Source: Octopus vulgaris (Eukaryota). Taken from it: DNA of 64,000 nt. The translations under genes were made by a program, and so were the position numbers. Below, in pieces: positions 1 through 14,111 of the stretch (the stretch's first letter is position 1; every line of letters begins with the position of its first letter). The stretch spans positions 70,184,001 through 70,248,000 of the forward strand of contig OX597820.1 of the NCBI GenBank assembly GCA_951406725.2, read 5' to 3'. A model generated the notes under the pieces. It did not search any database. It was not told the DNA's origin and worked only from the letters and a program-made list of their open reading frames with translations.

Positions 1-131
1 TAATTTAGAGCGTCTTTTATGTCATTAAATTTGGTTATTTAAGCATTTGGAAACATTTTAGAATGACAGAGAGTTTGATGGAATTTCTGTATATTACATG
101 AATGTTTCTCTTTTTTATTTTCCTTCTGCAG

Positions 132-222
132 ATTGATGTCATTGGTCAATCGATGTATAACTTAATTCATCCAGATGATAACCAAGTATTCTCGGAACAA
201 TTCCGCATAACTGATGTAAAAG
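132..222 (+). CDS. bHLH-PAS-type protein, internal exon (PAS-A: IDVIGQSMYNLIHPDDNQVFSEQF)
   Basis: Polypyrimidine tract and ttctgcag acceptor ending at 131. The translation has the PAS-A motif G.S+Y.LIHPDD. The next exon needs phase 1, which fits only the GC donor AAG|GCTTGT at 223. Confidence 0.8.
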
Positions 223-377
223 GCTTGTACTATATATGAAATATATCTTTCGCTGTTCCTTAAATTGTCTTCTCTCTTAGTTTTGATTTAAAAATAAAAT
301 GACACCCTATTACCTCGTCTTCTATAATTTCGTATCTTTAATACCCCAAATTGTAACATTATTACACAGAAACTAAG

Positions 378-701
378 GTAGCGAGCTGGCAGAAACGTTA
401 GCACGCCGGGCGAAAAGCGTAGCTGTATTTCGTCTGCCGTTACATTCTGAGTTCAAATTCCGCCGATGTCGACTTTGCCTTTCATCCCTTCGGGGTCGAT
501 TAAATAAATACCAGTTACGCACTGGGGTCGATATAATCGACTTAATCCGTTTGCCTGTCCTTGTTTGTCCTCTCTGTGTCTAGCCCCTTGTGGGTAGTAA
601 AGAAATAGGTATTTTGTCTGCCGCTATGTTCTGAGTTCAAATTCCGCCGAGGTCGAACTTGCCTTTCATCCTTTCGGGGTCGATTATATAAGTACCAGTT
701 A
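378..701 (+). mobile_element. tRNA-derived SINE family B (representative copy)
   Basis: GGCGAGCTGGCAGAA head, B-box GAGTTCAAATTC, core GCCTTTCATCCTTTCGGGGTCGATAAA (possibly Meta/MESC-like). Copies at about 1435, 3934-4226, 17988, 18770, 34538, 51114, 53201 (+) and 7353-7715, 52255-52690 (-). Confidence 0.85.
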
Positions 702-752
<51 letters not shown>

Positions 753-1240
753 GACGGGCCTCTTTCAGTTTCCGTCTACCAAACCACTCAAAAGGCTTCG
801 GCCGGCCCGAGGCTGCAGTAGAAGACATTTACAGAAGGTACCACGCAGTAGGACTAAACCTGGAATTATGTGGTTGGGAAGTAGCTTCTTACCACCCACC
901 CACTCGTGTGCCTATGTGGACAAATATACGTGTATGGAGACAAATATGAGGGTCTGTAAGTATACATAGACTTACTGTTTTCGGGAACGATAAGTACCAG
1001 TTGAATACTGGGGTAGATTTAATCGATTAACTCCCCGCCACCGGAAATTGCTTACCTTGCACCAAAATTTGAAATCAATTATGACAGAAATGTTATCCCT
1101 GATAGTGACCATTCGGCTGAATATATCTATTTGACTTTACGAGATTGATACGATTTCAAACGAATTTTCAATCCCTTATCGGTGTCCAAAATAATTGTTT
1201 GTAAAGTAATCACAATATATATATATATTTTTCTTTTTAG

Positions 1241-1381
1241 ATATAGCTCACCTACAAACCCACAAAGAGTTTACGATTCGATTGAACAAGAAAAATAAGT
1301 TCCATCCAACATCATACGAAACATTTCATGCCATGGGTCAAATTAAATATTGTAAAACTGAAAGGAAAATCGAAATGAAAG
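1241..1381 (+). CDS. bHLH-PAS-type protein, internal exon (KEFTIRLNKK...SYETFHAMGQIK)
   Basis: ttctttttag acceptor, AAG|gtaaat donor, 141 nt, phase 1-1. Resembles the 'F..R+......Y..+H..G' C-terminal part of PAS-A. Confidence 0.85.
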
Positions 1382-2828
1382 GTAAATATTTTCAAAACCA
1401 GTGTACGAAAATGTGGCAATATTAAATTAAAATAGGCGAGCTGGCAGAATCATTAGCATATCGGGCAAAATACTGAGCGGTATTTCGTCCTTTAGGTTCT
1501 GCATTCAAATTCCACCGAAGTCAATTTGTGCCTTTCATCATTTTGGGTTCGATAAAATACGTACCAGCTGAACACTCGAGGGTGTTGAAATTGACTTTCC
1601 TCTTTCCTTGAAATTACTGGCCTTGTACCAGAATTTGAAAGCAATGAATTGCGTTAAAAACCTTTGGAAGGTAAAACGGTTTAAAAGTACCCGCATCTTC
1701 CGTATGTGGATTCAAGTCCAGCAGGTAGTCTTCGATCTTTTAATACCCCAAGGAGTTTTTTAAGCCAATATATTACGTACCATTATTAACCACTTTGAGA
1801 CTCATCCTAAAAATATTTTCGTGATACGTTTTGTTAAGAAAGCAGTTCTTTATTTCATATTTAATCAGAAATTTTCTTTGTCATAATTAGTTCTGCGCGT
1901 TCATTTTGTTTTGCCCTCATGTCTGGTTTGATTGAGTTGAACAATGATCGCAGACAGTCAGTCACTAAGTATCACATGCTTTCCCCTACCCAAAACTATA
2001 GTCTGTTCATCTCTTTAAGACAGAGTTATTTTTGGAGAGATTTGGTTGTTATTTCTTTCAGATCGAGCGACCACATAGAGACCCTCTCCTTGACTCGCCA
2101 GCATTTCATTAGATAATTTAACCTTTCTATACTCCATGGTTTTATGCAAGGTCAACAGCTCGTGGCTTCTTCGTTCTTTCTGTAGTAGAATCATTGTTCA
2201 GCGCGTCTATTTATATTACTATCATAATTATTTATGTATGTATGTATGTATGTATGTATGTATGTATGTATGTATGTATGTATGTATGTATGTGAAACAA
2301 AGAAGCTGAACGAAAATTCAAGGAGTGATAGATAAAATAGTTGGACTGATTTCAGAGTGAGATGATTGAATTTACAGGCAAAATATAATTACACAGTGCC
2401 AGCTTTATGAGTTGTGATTAGTTTACATTGGCAGTATTGCTCTTTAGGATGTAGTAATCGCCATTTATAGCTGATACTGTGAAATAGATGCTAGGAAATA
2501 TCATGACTTTAAGTAGATATGTAATGGAAACTATAATAACGAAGTAATTCTTTTATAGAGAATATTGTCCAGTGCGGAATTTCAGCAAAATGGAGAAGCG
2601 TCTCTCGACGGTAATTAGACGCCATTGTTTAGTAGCACATCCTCCATTCTTTACCGAGATCAAATTATCATTTAACAGTGAGAAATATGACAGCCAATGT
2701 AAATATCAATCATTCATCAATGTAAGTTATGTGAAATTAGTCTTAGTTTTATTATTGACTGTCTAGTATTAGTCACCAACTATAATTATTACCATCTTTT
2801 TTATTATTATTATCCTTTTTACTGCCAG

Positions 2829-2967
2829 AGGAGACTTGGCTCATTGCCATTCTTAAACCCGTCCTTCAACCTCTTTATAAGGAAATATCTATATTTGCTG
2901 AGACAACGCAGATTCAATACATTAGCAGACACGACTTCAATGGCAGATTTCTTGATATTACATTAAG
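2829..2967 (+). CDS. bHLH-PAS-type protein, internal exon (WLIAILKP...QYISRHDFNGRFLDITL)
   Basis: tttactgccag acceptor, AAG|gtaggt donor, phase 1-2, in frame with the previous exon. YISRHDFNGRF matches the PAS-B start motif F/Y.SRH...G.F. Confidence 0.9.
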
Positions 2968-4323
2968 GTAGGTTATTACCTTAACTTTTTACTCTTTCCA
3001 TGTCTACTCCATTATTAAACCACAGTAATTCTCTCTCCCTCAGAAGTCTTTTCCCTTCACTGTTTATCTAAGACAGAACCACACTGTTCATTATCAGAAA
3101 CTACCAACAAGCTAGATAACAATTTGAATTATTACTGAAATGTGTTATGTTCAGGAGTAAATAGGACAGCAGATGTAATTTATTGACTACAAGCTATGTT
3201 TGTATTCATATTTTCAACACTGATTTTTTTTAGAAAGCATGATCGGAATTTCTCGACTGTCTTTAAAGAATAAAGACTCGATGTCCGATAATTGTCTGTT
3301 TCGCCAGAACAGTTTATGATAATTTACAGTTTCTATCACTGAGATAAGATTCACGCTGGAATATTCAGCATCTTCTTCCTCCATCTCCCTAAAATCACTA
3401 AAGATAAAGTAATGCAATGAGGATATGTAAATAGTTCTTATTTTATTAAACAAATATGCAAAATTCATGCATGTTTTGTTTATACAACACAGCTATAATT
3501 GTATGGTGATCGATTGGCAGAATTAGTAAAGTTTTGGACAAGAATTTCTGCAGCATATTTATGGCTCTTTGCATTCTGAGTTCAAGTCCCAGCGAGTTCA
3601 ACATTGTTTTGCATGCATGCGAAGCCGATAAGAAAAGTACTTCTAATTGTCGAAGCAATGGAGGAAATTATTTAGCGAGGAGGTTACGGATTTTTTTCGA
3701 CTCTTTACATTTGAGAATACTTGCGATGACTTACGTGCTAATATTTATTGACATTGCTGTTTCCGTCGGACAACGTCAATGTCATGGAGAGAAGGTACAT
3801 TTTGAAAAGACTAATACCGGCATTACTTCAGAAAAAAAAGACCTCCAGCACATGATCTGAAGGAACTTTTCAGATGTAGAGATATGGCCAACCTGACGGA
3901 CAGAGATGTTAGCTAATATTTAAATCGTATAAAGCGGCGATCTAGGAGAAACGTTAGCACGCCAGGCGAAATGCTTAGCGGTATTTCGTCTGTCTTTACG
4001 TTCTGAGTTCAAATTACGTCGAGGTCGACTTTGCCTTTCATCCTTTCGGGGTCGATAAATTAAGTACCAGTTACGCACTGGGATCGATATAATCGACTTA
4101 ATTCCGTTTGTCTGTCCTTGTTTGTCCTCTCTGTGTTTAACCCCTTGTGGGTAGTAAAGAAATAGGTATTTTCGTCTGCGGCTACGTTCTGAGTTCAAAT
4201 TCCGCCGAGGTCGACTTTGCCTTTCACACACGCATTACACACAAACATATTTATCCGCTAATTTGCAACAGAACAACGTTTGATTAAAATAGCGATTTAC
4301 GTAACATATTTAATGTGATATTC

Positions 4324-4365
4324 GTCCTGATGAAGCGTCTCGAGCGCTGGAAACGAGCCGTGGAT
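4324..4365 (+). ncRNA. degenerate hammerhead-like motif
   Basis: GTC-CTGATGA-AGCG(TCTCGAG)CGCT-G-GAAA-CG(AGC)CG-TG-GAT. The cleavage triplet ends in G, so it is predicted inactive. Confidence 0.45.
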
Positions 4366-4430
4366 CGGAACAAACAATAATCCGAGGGAGCTAGGTCCGG
4401 ACTTCAAGATGGGTGAGGAATCAGTTATAC

Positions 4431-4540
<110 letters not shown>

Positions 4541-4635
4541 AAAGTTTATGAAAATAAACAAAAGACGAAGGTAGGTGGAGTACAAACAAACAAATCTATT
4601 AGTATAGCGCTCAGGAATAGAAATAGAAAAAGTAC

Positions 4636-4671
4636 CTTTTACGTTTCGAGCCTACGCCCTTCAACAGAAAG
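4636..4671 (-). ncRNA. hammerhead-like motif, A6U family
   Basis: Reverse complement reads CTTT-CTGTTGA-A-GGGC(GTAG)GCTC-GAAA-CG-TA-AAAG. Related copies at 17690-17723, 19317-19350 and 40361-40396 (+). Confidence 0.6.
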
Positions 4672-4740
4672 ATACACAGAAAAAAACAAGGAGAGAAAAG
4701 AATGCGTGTAGGAGCTAACGATCTATCATGGCGTCCTGAC

Positions 4741-4787
<47 letters not shown>

Positions 4788-4862
4788 GCAAATTTTTGTT
4801 TCGTGATGAGATAAAAAAAAAACCAAGGGTGTATAGATTTTAGAACATTTATAGATAGAAGG

Positions 4863-4908
4863 TCTTACAGCTGTTTCCAGGATATTTATTATATCCCTTC
4901 ATCGGAGA
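4863..4908 (-). ncRNA. minimal type I hammerhead motif (one core substitution)
   Basis: Reverse complement reads TCT-CCGATGA-AGGGATAT(AATAA)ATATCCTG-GAAA-CAGCTG-TA-AGA, with palindromic stem III. Confidence 0.65.
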
Positions 4909-5156
4909 TGGGTGAGTGGATGGTTAAGAAATAGTTGATTCAGATATGATATAAAATAGAGAGTGAGGTTGGAGGAAAATAAAAGAAAATAGATGTGAGA
5001 TATGTAGGGTATTGCATTTGTAGATCCATTTTTTAGGCAGAATGGTATACATATAAGATTCCAATACTTTGTGAGTAAAATCCAATAGTATTTAAAGCAC
5101 TTATTCAGCATTACCTGAGACACCTTTGGGTCTCAATCACACCATTACCTCTCATA

Positions 5157-5235
<79 letters not shown>

Positions 5236-6121
5236 GGAGTAAACACATAAATGTGAAACAAGGTGGAAAAAAGAGTACTCAAATACCAGTAGTAGAGTAA
5301 TATGCTTTATTTAAAGCAGCAGAAAATTCAGCAAAACCTGTTACTCTGAGTTTCACGTTCCCGTGAAATATGTATATATATATATACACACACACACACA
5401 TATATATATATGTAAATATATATGTATGTATGTATATATATATGTATGTATGTATGTATATATTTATGTGTGTATATGTATGTATATATGAGTTTATATA
5501 TGTGTGTGTATGTATATGTATGTAAATATACATATAGCGCTAATACATGATCTAAGTTATATGATATATAAAAAATGTAATATACAAATAAATATCTGTA
5601 AATATAAACCATCCGATTTTCTGAATACCTCATTTCTTCTAATATATAAATTATATATATATATGTATATATGTATACATATATATGTGTGTGTGTGTGT
5701 ATGTGTGCATGTGTGTATACATGAAGTTGAAAATACGCAAGGTGTTGTTCCAGCTTGGTCGCTGTCAAATGACTGAAACAAGCAAAAGAATGGCTAAACA
5801 AAATAATAGCTGTTCATGCGGCTACTGGACACTATCAAAAAACGAAAATAGTCCTAAATTCGGACGCGACTTTCACCTTTCACAGCTATTGTTCTGAGTG
5901 TAGTCATATGACATGTCTACATAGCAAAGTCTTCGACCTGACTTTGCTGCATGGCTCTCCCATGACTTTAACACGCAGGCGCAAAAGAAAACTGCCCGAA
6001 AGTTCTCTTACAAAACCATGTGACCATCCTCAACTAATCAATCTGGATTACCTCATATGCGATCTGATCCACATTCAAACTATAATAACGAACGATATTT
6101 TAGAACGACCTGGAATATGCA

Positions 6122-6159
<38 letters not shown>

Positions 6160-6456
6160 TTTGTGTGTGTGTATGTGTGTTTGTGTGTATGTGTGTGTTC
6201 TTATATTCTTTAAGCATTTTCAACTTCATTTTTTTGTTTTTTGCTAATACTTGTTTTGATTAGTAACGATGTATATATGTATGTATGTATATGCATGTAT
6301 GTGTGTTTGTGTGTGTTTATGTGTGTGTATGTATTCGTGTGTGCATACTTACATGAGTGGATGTTTTGATTTATATATGCATGTAGTGTATAATGTATAT
6401 ATATATATAAAGGGAGAGGAAGGGAGGAAGGGAGAGAGGAGTAAAGAGACAGCGAC

Positions 6457-6525
<69 letters not shown>

Positions 6526-6552
6526 GAGAAAGAGAGAGAGAGAGAAAGACAG

Positions 6553-6604
<52 letters not shown>

Positions 6605-8092
6605 AAAGATGGATGACTAGATAGATAGACTGATCCACTGTAACGCACATTTATTTTATAGAACTGTTCCTTGGAATCTACAGAGGGAATGTATTCTGCA
6701 AAAAGTCCTACAGGAATTCACAAAGTAAAATTAATATTTTCAGAAACATGCTTTTTCTATCAGCTGCTTCAAGAATTTATGTTTGATTTCTTTTTATTAT
6801 TTCCATTCTATATGAAATCTTTCCCATCGTTTCGGAAATCCCTATCGCCGGAAAAAAATTAAATGATTTTGTGAATCTCATGAGGGGAGAAACACTGAAG
6901 ACCGTCTTATCATATTAAGCTGTACTCTTCTTTTCCGATTGAAGCTACCACAAGAAATTTTGTGCTGTGTCTCCAGCGTATTGATAAAACAGTCACTTAA
7001 GAAAATATCTTCGTATACTATTGAAGACCGTATTCCAGCTTGGCCACAGTCCAGTGAGCGAAACTAGTACACTTTGATATACAGTGCTTCACGAGTCATT
7101 CCTGAAGACAATCTGGACAAAACGTATGAAGTGAAAGAGAGCAAGCTGCGGTCAAATACGTGTATGAACTGACAACATCAAAGGATGGATTGGAAATATG
7201 TGTCGGGGTGATTGCATGTTTGCAGCACAACACAGAAGGAACTGGACAGTTTTAAGATGTTTAAGATACGCTCTGAAATAAAGGCTCAATGCATCGATTT
7301 ATATCAACTCAAAACATAAAACATGTAGACACCCTTTGTTTAGATCTAATCTTATTTCTTTATTGCCCACAAGGGGCTAAACATAGAGGGGACAAACAAG
7401 GACAGACAAAGGGATTAAGTTGACTACAACGACTCCAGTGCGTGACTAGTACTTAATTTATCGACCCCGAAAACATGAAAGGCAAAGTCGACCTCGGCGG
7501 AATTTGAACTCAGAACGTAGCGGCAGACAAAATACCTATTTCTTTACTACCCACAAGGGGCTAAACACAGAGAGGACAGACAAACAAGGACAGACAAACG
7601 GATTAAGTCGATTATATCGATCCCAGTGCGTAACTGGTACTTTATTTATCAACCCTGGACGAAATGCCGCTAAGCATATTGCCTGGCGCGCTAGCGATTC
7701 TACCAGCTCGCTGCCTTATGTGGAGTTGATAATGATAAAGTGCCAGTTTAGTACTAGGGTCGATGGTATCGCCTGCTACTCCTCCGCTGAAAATTGCTGG
7801 CCTCTGCCTAAATTAGAAACCATTATTTAGAGAAATGTCGCCTATGAATCGATAAAGCATCGGGAAAAATAACTTGTGGTATTCGTTCAGATTCTTACAA
7901 CCTGAGATCAAACCCTTTTAGAGACAATTTTACTGTTCATCCTTCCAGTGTCGATAAAATAAAGTGCCAGTCAATAACTGGGTCGATTTGACCGGCTAAT
8001 ACCCCTCCCAATATGTGTTTTCTTGTACCTTTGAAAGAAATAAATATTTAGGGATGTGCTTTTGTTGTTATTCATATTCTTTTATATTTCAG

Positions 8093-8134
8093 TTCTTTTG
8101 CAAATGACGAAATATGCTCACCTTCAGACGAATG
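8093..8134 (+). CDS. candidate 42-nt frame-preserving cassette exon of the PAS gene (SFANDEICSPSDE)
   Basis: Strong acceptor ttcttttatatttcag, donor ATG|gtaatt, phase 2-2 matching the host intron, no stop codon. Confidence 0.5.
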
Positions 8135-8555
8135 GTAATTTTGTTTCTTTTCTTTAATACATTCATCATTTCTTCAATTAGATAAGTAATTGATAAACAA
8201 TAATACATGTTATTATACATACTTATATTACATTACTGACTGCTACTATTGCACACAGACTTAAAAAAATAGACTGCTAAACGTGAGAAAAATGAAACAT
8301 TTATACACATTGATAGACTTCACTCATAAACCAGGCTTTCTTTATAGTTTAATATATGCAGAGAACTGATTGAAGAAACATAGAGCATTCCAGATTTTGA
8401 TAATTAATAATTACTTTTATTGAATAAGTAGTTAACGAGCTCACTATGACTAGTCTGAACTATAGATGTTGAGCCTCAGATCAATCTTCATGAATCTGCA
8501 TCTCAGACTTTAACGCTTTATATTTGTGATAATCTTTTTCTAAGGCAGGATGAGG

Positions 8556-9183
8556 TGTGTACTTTGTGTTAGTTGTTGCTGTTATTGTGGTTGTTATTGT
8601 TGTTGCAGTTGCTATTGCTGCTGCTAATGTTGTGGTTGCTACTGATGTTGCCAATGTTGTTGTGGCGGTTATTGCTGTTGCTAATGCTGTTGCTGATGTT
8701 GTTGCGGTTGCTATTGCTGTCGCTAATGTTGTTGTTGTTGTTGTTGTTGATGATGTTACTATGTTGTAGTGGCTGTTATTGCTGTTGCTAATGCCGCGGT
8801 TGCTATTGTTGTTGCTAATGCGTTTGTGCCTGCTGTTGTTGCTAATGTTGTTGTGGTTGCTATTGGTGTTGCTAATGTTGCTGTGGTGGTTATTGCTGTT
8901 GCTAATGTTGATGTGGTTGCTTTTGTAGCTAATGCTGTCGTGGGTGCTAATGTTGTTGCAAACGTTGTGGTTGCTATTGTCGGCAATGTTGTGGTAGTGA
9001 TTGTTGTTGCTAATATTGTCGTGATTGCTTTTGTTGTTGCTAATGTTGACGCGATTTTTATTGTTGTTGCTAATCTTATTGTGGTTGTTATTGTTGCTAA
9101 TGCCACGGCTGCTATTATGGTTGCTAATGTCTGTGGGATTGCTACTAGCGTTGTGGGTGTTATTGTTGCTGATAATATTGTTA
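8556..9183. repeat. degenerate triplet-based minisatellite (GTTGCTAATGTTGTTGTGGTTGCTATT-like units)
   Basis: Reiterated ~27-30-nt units, open in several frames on both strands. Confidence 0.85.
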
Positions 9184-9792
9184 AGCCTCATGTTAGTTCT
9201 GATCCAGCAGGCCAAAGATCTCGATCATTCTGGCAATCTCGCATTCATTTTTATCATACTAAGAACAACATCGTACGTTGCGATTTGAGCAGATTTGGCT
9301 ACGGTTTTAGCATGTCTAGTGACCCCTCCCCCCATCCTATAATTCAACTTACTGACTTCAATTTTGGGGATTTGGTCTTATAAGCTGTATACTGACCTAG
9401 TCAAGTAAATGCTCAAAGTGGATTGAAATTTTTCTCTCATTACAAAATTAATCTCTTCGGCCTGGATGAAGGGCGATGTGGACATCATCAGCATTTGAAC
9501 CTAGAATGCAGAAAACTGGAAAAAGATTGTAACGCATTCTACATGACGCTTTAACGGTTACACCAAACGCCAGTCTTCACATACACACGCGCAGCGCATG
9601 TGTATACTCTTTATATGCGTATATGTGTATGGATCTGTATATATGTATGTATCAGACACACAAACACACGTATATATATATGTATATCTATATACATGCA
9701 TATATAAATATATATATTAGTATATACATATTTTTATGTGTATGTAAATCTATTTCTATGCGTGAATATATTCATGTACACACACACACATG

Positions 9793-9834
<42 letters not shown>

Positions 9835-10149
9835 GGTGTGTGTGTGTGTACATACATGTCTATGTCTGCATTACGAGTGTATGTGTGTGCACATGGACTT
9901 GCGCTCACACATACACACGCACATATATATATGTGTGTGTGCACATAGACTTACGCACACATACATATATGCACACATACATATATGCATACATACATAC
10001 ATACATACATACATACATACATACATGCATACATACATACATACATACATACATACATACATACATACATACATACATACATACATACATACATGCATAC
10101 ATACATACATACATACATACATACATACATACATACATACATACATACA

Positions 10150-10180
<31 letters not shown>

Positions 10181-10722
10181 CAGTAATGCTTCGATAGTAA
10201 TGTTTCGATGTGGCCTTACCAACAGTTTCTGTAAAGAATCGATAATTTAAATTCTATGGCTTGAAGCTCAACTGTTGTCAAATACTTATAGAACGCAAAG
10301 TGGAAAATCTGTACCTGGGAAGTGTATCTTTTGAAGGAGCTGTCCTATGACGAGGAGAGAAAGAGAATGCAGCTAAAATCGTTGAAGCTCTTTTAATAGC
10401 TTCTTTTCTTAATGTTTAAGTGGTGCTTATTTCGGTGTGATAGAGTGATACATTTATGCAGCTGAAATATGTGAAAGTAAAACTTAGTAAATCTGAAAAT
10501 ATAATAAAAAATAAATGAAGAGCAGTTCTGTTTGCACGTTTAGCACTTTAATTATTCATATTTATTCAAGTATAAATTGCAACATCTAGTTGAAGTGGGT
10601 TTAATATTTCCATTGTTATATGTAAAAAGATGCGATTTTCTTTGTAGAAATTTCGATATTTTTCACGTATTGTAGTTCCTATGGTATAGAACAGGTCTAT
10701 GCGATATGAATATATATATATA

Positions 10723-10803
<81 letters not shown>

Positions 10804-12540
10804 TTAAGCAATAGCGGGTACACATATGAATAAATTTACACATTAGTCATGATAAAATCTTTTAAACAAATATAAGAATAGTCTCTATAACCACACAACA
10901 CACACTCGATCTCTTCAACCATTGGCAACCTGCGTTTGAGAATTTATAACATCCTGTTTTTATAAATGTTTTAAGCTGAATTATATAATATGTTCTGTAA
11001 AGGATACTTTAATTCATGACTATGGAATGAGAAAAAGCTTACCATTATAGGTGCAGGTATGGCTGTGTGGTTAAGAACCCCGCTTTGCAACCACCTTGTT
11101 TTCGGGTTCAGTCCCACAGTGCGGCACTTTGGGCAAGTGTCTTTTACTATAAGCACCGACCAATTCTTTCTGAGGAAATTTGGCAGGCGATAACTATGTG
11201 GGGAAACTGTTATATTCATGTGTGTGTTTGAGTTTGTGTTTATATCCCTCCATTACTTGATAACCTGTGTTGGTTTGCTTACGTATCCGTAGTGAGCGAT
11301 AGAATAAGTACTGGGATCTACTTTGAGAATTAACCCCGTCACAGAGGTGCCCATATGTGGCCACAGTCTAATCACTGAAACAAGTAGAAGACCAATGTTA
11401 ATTTGGTTACTAGCGCCCTAGTTCCAAAAGATCAATTTATTTCACTGGGCCTATCACCTTTGCTCGTCATTGTCACTGTTTATTTTCCTTCTGTTTTGCT
11501 TTCAAGTATCGAACTATGCAAATTTAGTGTCCACAGAGAACTGAATCAACTGCAGTAAAACGAGGTTTCCATAGCAGCTGGTTGGTGGGGGGAATCTTGC
11601 AAACAAAATCCAAACACAAAATACGAAATATACAAACATGCAAAAACCCGTGCAAACATACATAGATGCATACGAACATATGTATACATTTGTATATATG
11701 TGTGTGTGCGAGTATATATATATTTATACATATATAAATGTATGTATGTGTGTATGTCTGATATATATGTGTGTGTGTGTGAAGGCGCGTAGCTTAGTGG
11801 TTAGGGGCATTCGGCTCATGACCGTAAGGTCGGCGGTGCGTTGTATCCTTGAGCAAGACACTTGATTTCTCGTTACTCCAGTCCACTCAGCTGGCAAAAA
11901 TGAGTAGTACCTGTATTTCAAAGGACCAGTCTTGTCACACCCTGTGTCACGCTGAATCTCCCCGAGAACTATGTTAAGGGTACACGTGTTTGTGGAGTGC
12001 TCAGCCACTTACACGTTAATTTCACGAGCACGCTGTTCTGTTGATCGTATCAGCTGGGACCTTCGTCGTCGCAACCGACGGAGTGCACCTATATATATAT
12101 ATATATATATAGGATATATATAAAATAAACACAAACTGGGACAAGAACGTAAAACATTTAGAAGAAGATACAAAAAAACGGACGGGACATTCGAAGCCTT
12201 CGATCTTCAGTCAAAAACCGGATCATCTTCGCAATTTTGGCTGACTATTTTGAGATTGCTCCGACCTGGCCAGCCCCAAAAGAAAATTTAAGCCAAGTGC
12301 ATTAGATTCCTTGGAAGAAAGCCTCGAATGTATACAAAACAAGGACGGGAACGAATAAGAAAACAAAATACGTAAAAATAATAATGATAACAAGAATACG
12401 AATACGAAAATACGTAAAAACAATAATGATAATAATAATAACAAAAACAGGACGTTACAGACAGGTGTCTTTTTAACAGGACGGGTGAACTTGAGCTGGC
12501 GCATTGAAAAATTGCCTAAAGGCGAAGAGATATATACATA

Positions 12541-13781
12541 CGTGGTCTGACCAATAAGTATCCAGACTGTTGCTATAGTAACGAAGCTAAAGCACGGAGA
12601 GTAAAGTCGCTTGGCACAGATTGAACTTGAACTTTACTGTGTATGTGCACTAAGTTTTAGCGTTCTAGCTCACTTCTGCTATTTACAGCAGTGCTTGGAA
12701 GGAACGTGTGTAGCGTGTGTTCGTCGCATTGACAGTGACAAAGCAAGTTGAGTAGAGAATCTGCATCAAATTTTGCCATAAGCGCAGGAGTGGCTGCGTG
12801 GTAAGTAGCTTGCTTACCAAACACATGGTTCCGGATTCAGTCCCACTACGTGGCACCTTAGGCAAGTGTCTTCTACAATAGATTCGGACCGACCAAAGCT
12901 TTGTGAGGGGATTTGGTAGACGGAAAGTTAAAGAAGCCCGTCGTATATATGTATATATATATTTATGTATGTGTGTCTGTGTTTGTCCCCCCACCAACAT
13001 TGCTTGACAACCGATGCTGGTGTGTTTACGTCCCCGTAACTTAGCGGTTCGGCAAAAATGACCGATAGAATAAGTACTAAGCTTACAAAGAATGAGTCTT
13101 GGTGTCGATTGCTCAACTAAAGGCGATGCTCCAGCATGGCCGCAGTCAAATGACTGAAACAAGTAAAAGAGTAAAACGTTGGCGATACATGCTCTGAGGC
13201 ATACGCAAAGTTTTCCAAAACTTTTCACCGTTCTCAGTACAATCAAGGAGATCATGTGCAACTGAAACTCGAGTGTCTTTTTGGTGAGCTGAAAGCAGTT
13301 TTGGCGCAAACTTGGCAGACATGCGTCTCACACCTAAATCCTCTATGATAATGGACTGAACTGAATCCTGACTAATCTGCACATCTGATAACTTACACGG
13401 ATAGTAATTCGACGATTTCGCCTCACAGCTGTACGCACATCCGCAATTCTCCCAGAACGTTCGTCAATATCAACATTTTTTCGGTCATCTTGGAAACGTC
13501 TGAACCACTTGTACACTTGTTTACGTATCATACAATTTCTGTAACTTTGCCTCTGAGCACATATCACCATGAAACTTTCTTTGTTATGGTCAATGCGACG
13601 ATCACACGTTACACACCTTCCTTTCAAGGACTGCTGTAAACAGCGAAAATGCGCTAGAACGTTAAAACTTGGTGCGCATGCGCAGCAGATTTTAAGGTAA
13701 ATCTGTGCTAAGCGGCTTTACTCTGCGTGCTTTAGCTTCGTTACTATGGGAATAGTCCGAATACTTATTGATCAGACCTCG
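12541..13781. mobile_element. non-autonomous mariner derivative with long inverted termini, interrupted by a SINE
   Basis: TA-flanked termini CG(T/A)GGTCTGA.CAATAAGTAT. Transposase N-terminal remnants on both strands. Confidence 0.85.
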
Positions 13782-13892
13782 TATATATGCATTTGTTCCC
13801 TATCAGCATAATGTAATAATGTTCCTCTGAAGAACCGTTGTAACGTGCATTCAATTCGCTTATGTGTTACCCATAATTTTTCCCTATATTTA

Positions 13893-14111
13893 CGAGGGGG
13901 TACTAAAAAGTTCCGGCTTTGGGTAAAAGGAATTACAGGAGGATCAATTAATTATGATTTTATTCAACATTTTATTCCGTTCTCAGATCCACACACTTAT
14001 TGCAGTGGTCCTTCAGTTTTTGTAAGCCCTGTAAAATAATTCGGAAGGTTGGACCTCAAACCAGGCCTTTCGTATTACCCTTAAAACCAAGAAATTTTCA
14101 GCACTCCCTCG
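13893..14111. mobile_element. Tc1/mariner-type MITE
   Basis: TA|CGAGGGGGTACTAAAAAGTT ... AATTTTCAGCACTCCCTCG|TA. Partial inverted copy near 37715-37855. Confidence 0.75.

Noticed and set aside
8481-9383. Long Asn-, Thr/Ala- or Val-rich ORFs (244, 204 and 115 aa)
   Set aside because: These come from a triplet-based minisatellite that is open in several frames on both strands inside an intron, with no convincing splice signals.
9623-10250. YIHT/MYVC and similar low-complexity ORFs here and throughout
   Set aside because: Translations of (TACA)n, (TA)n, (TG)n and (AAT)n microsatellites.
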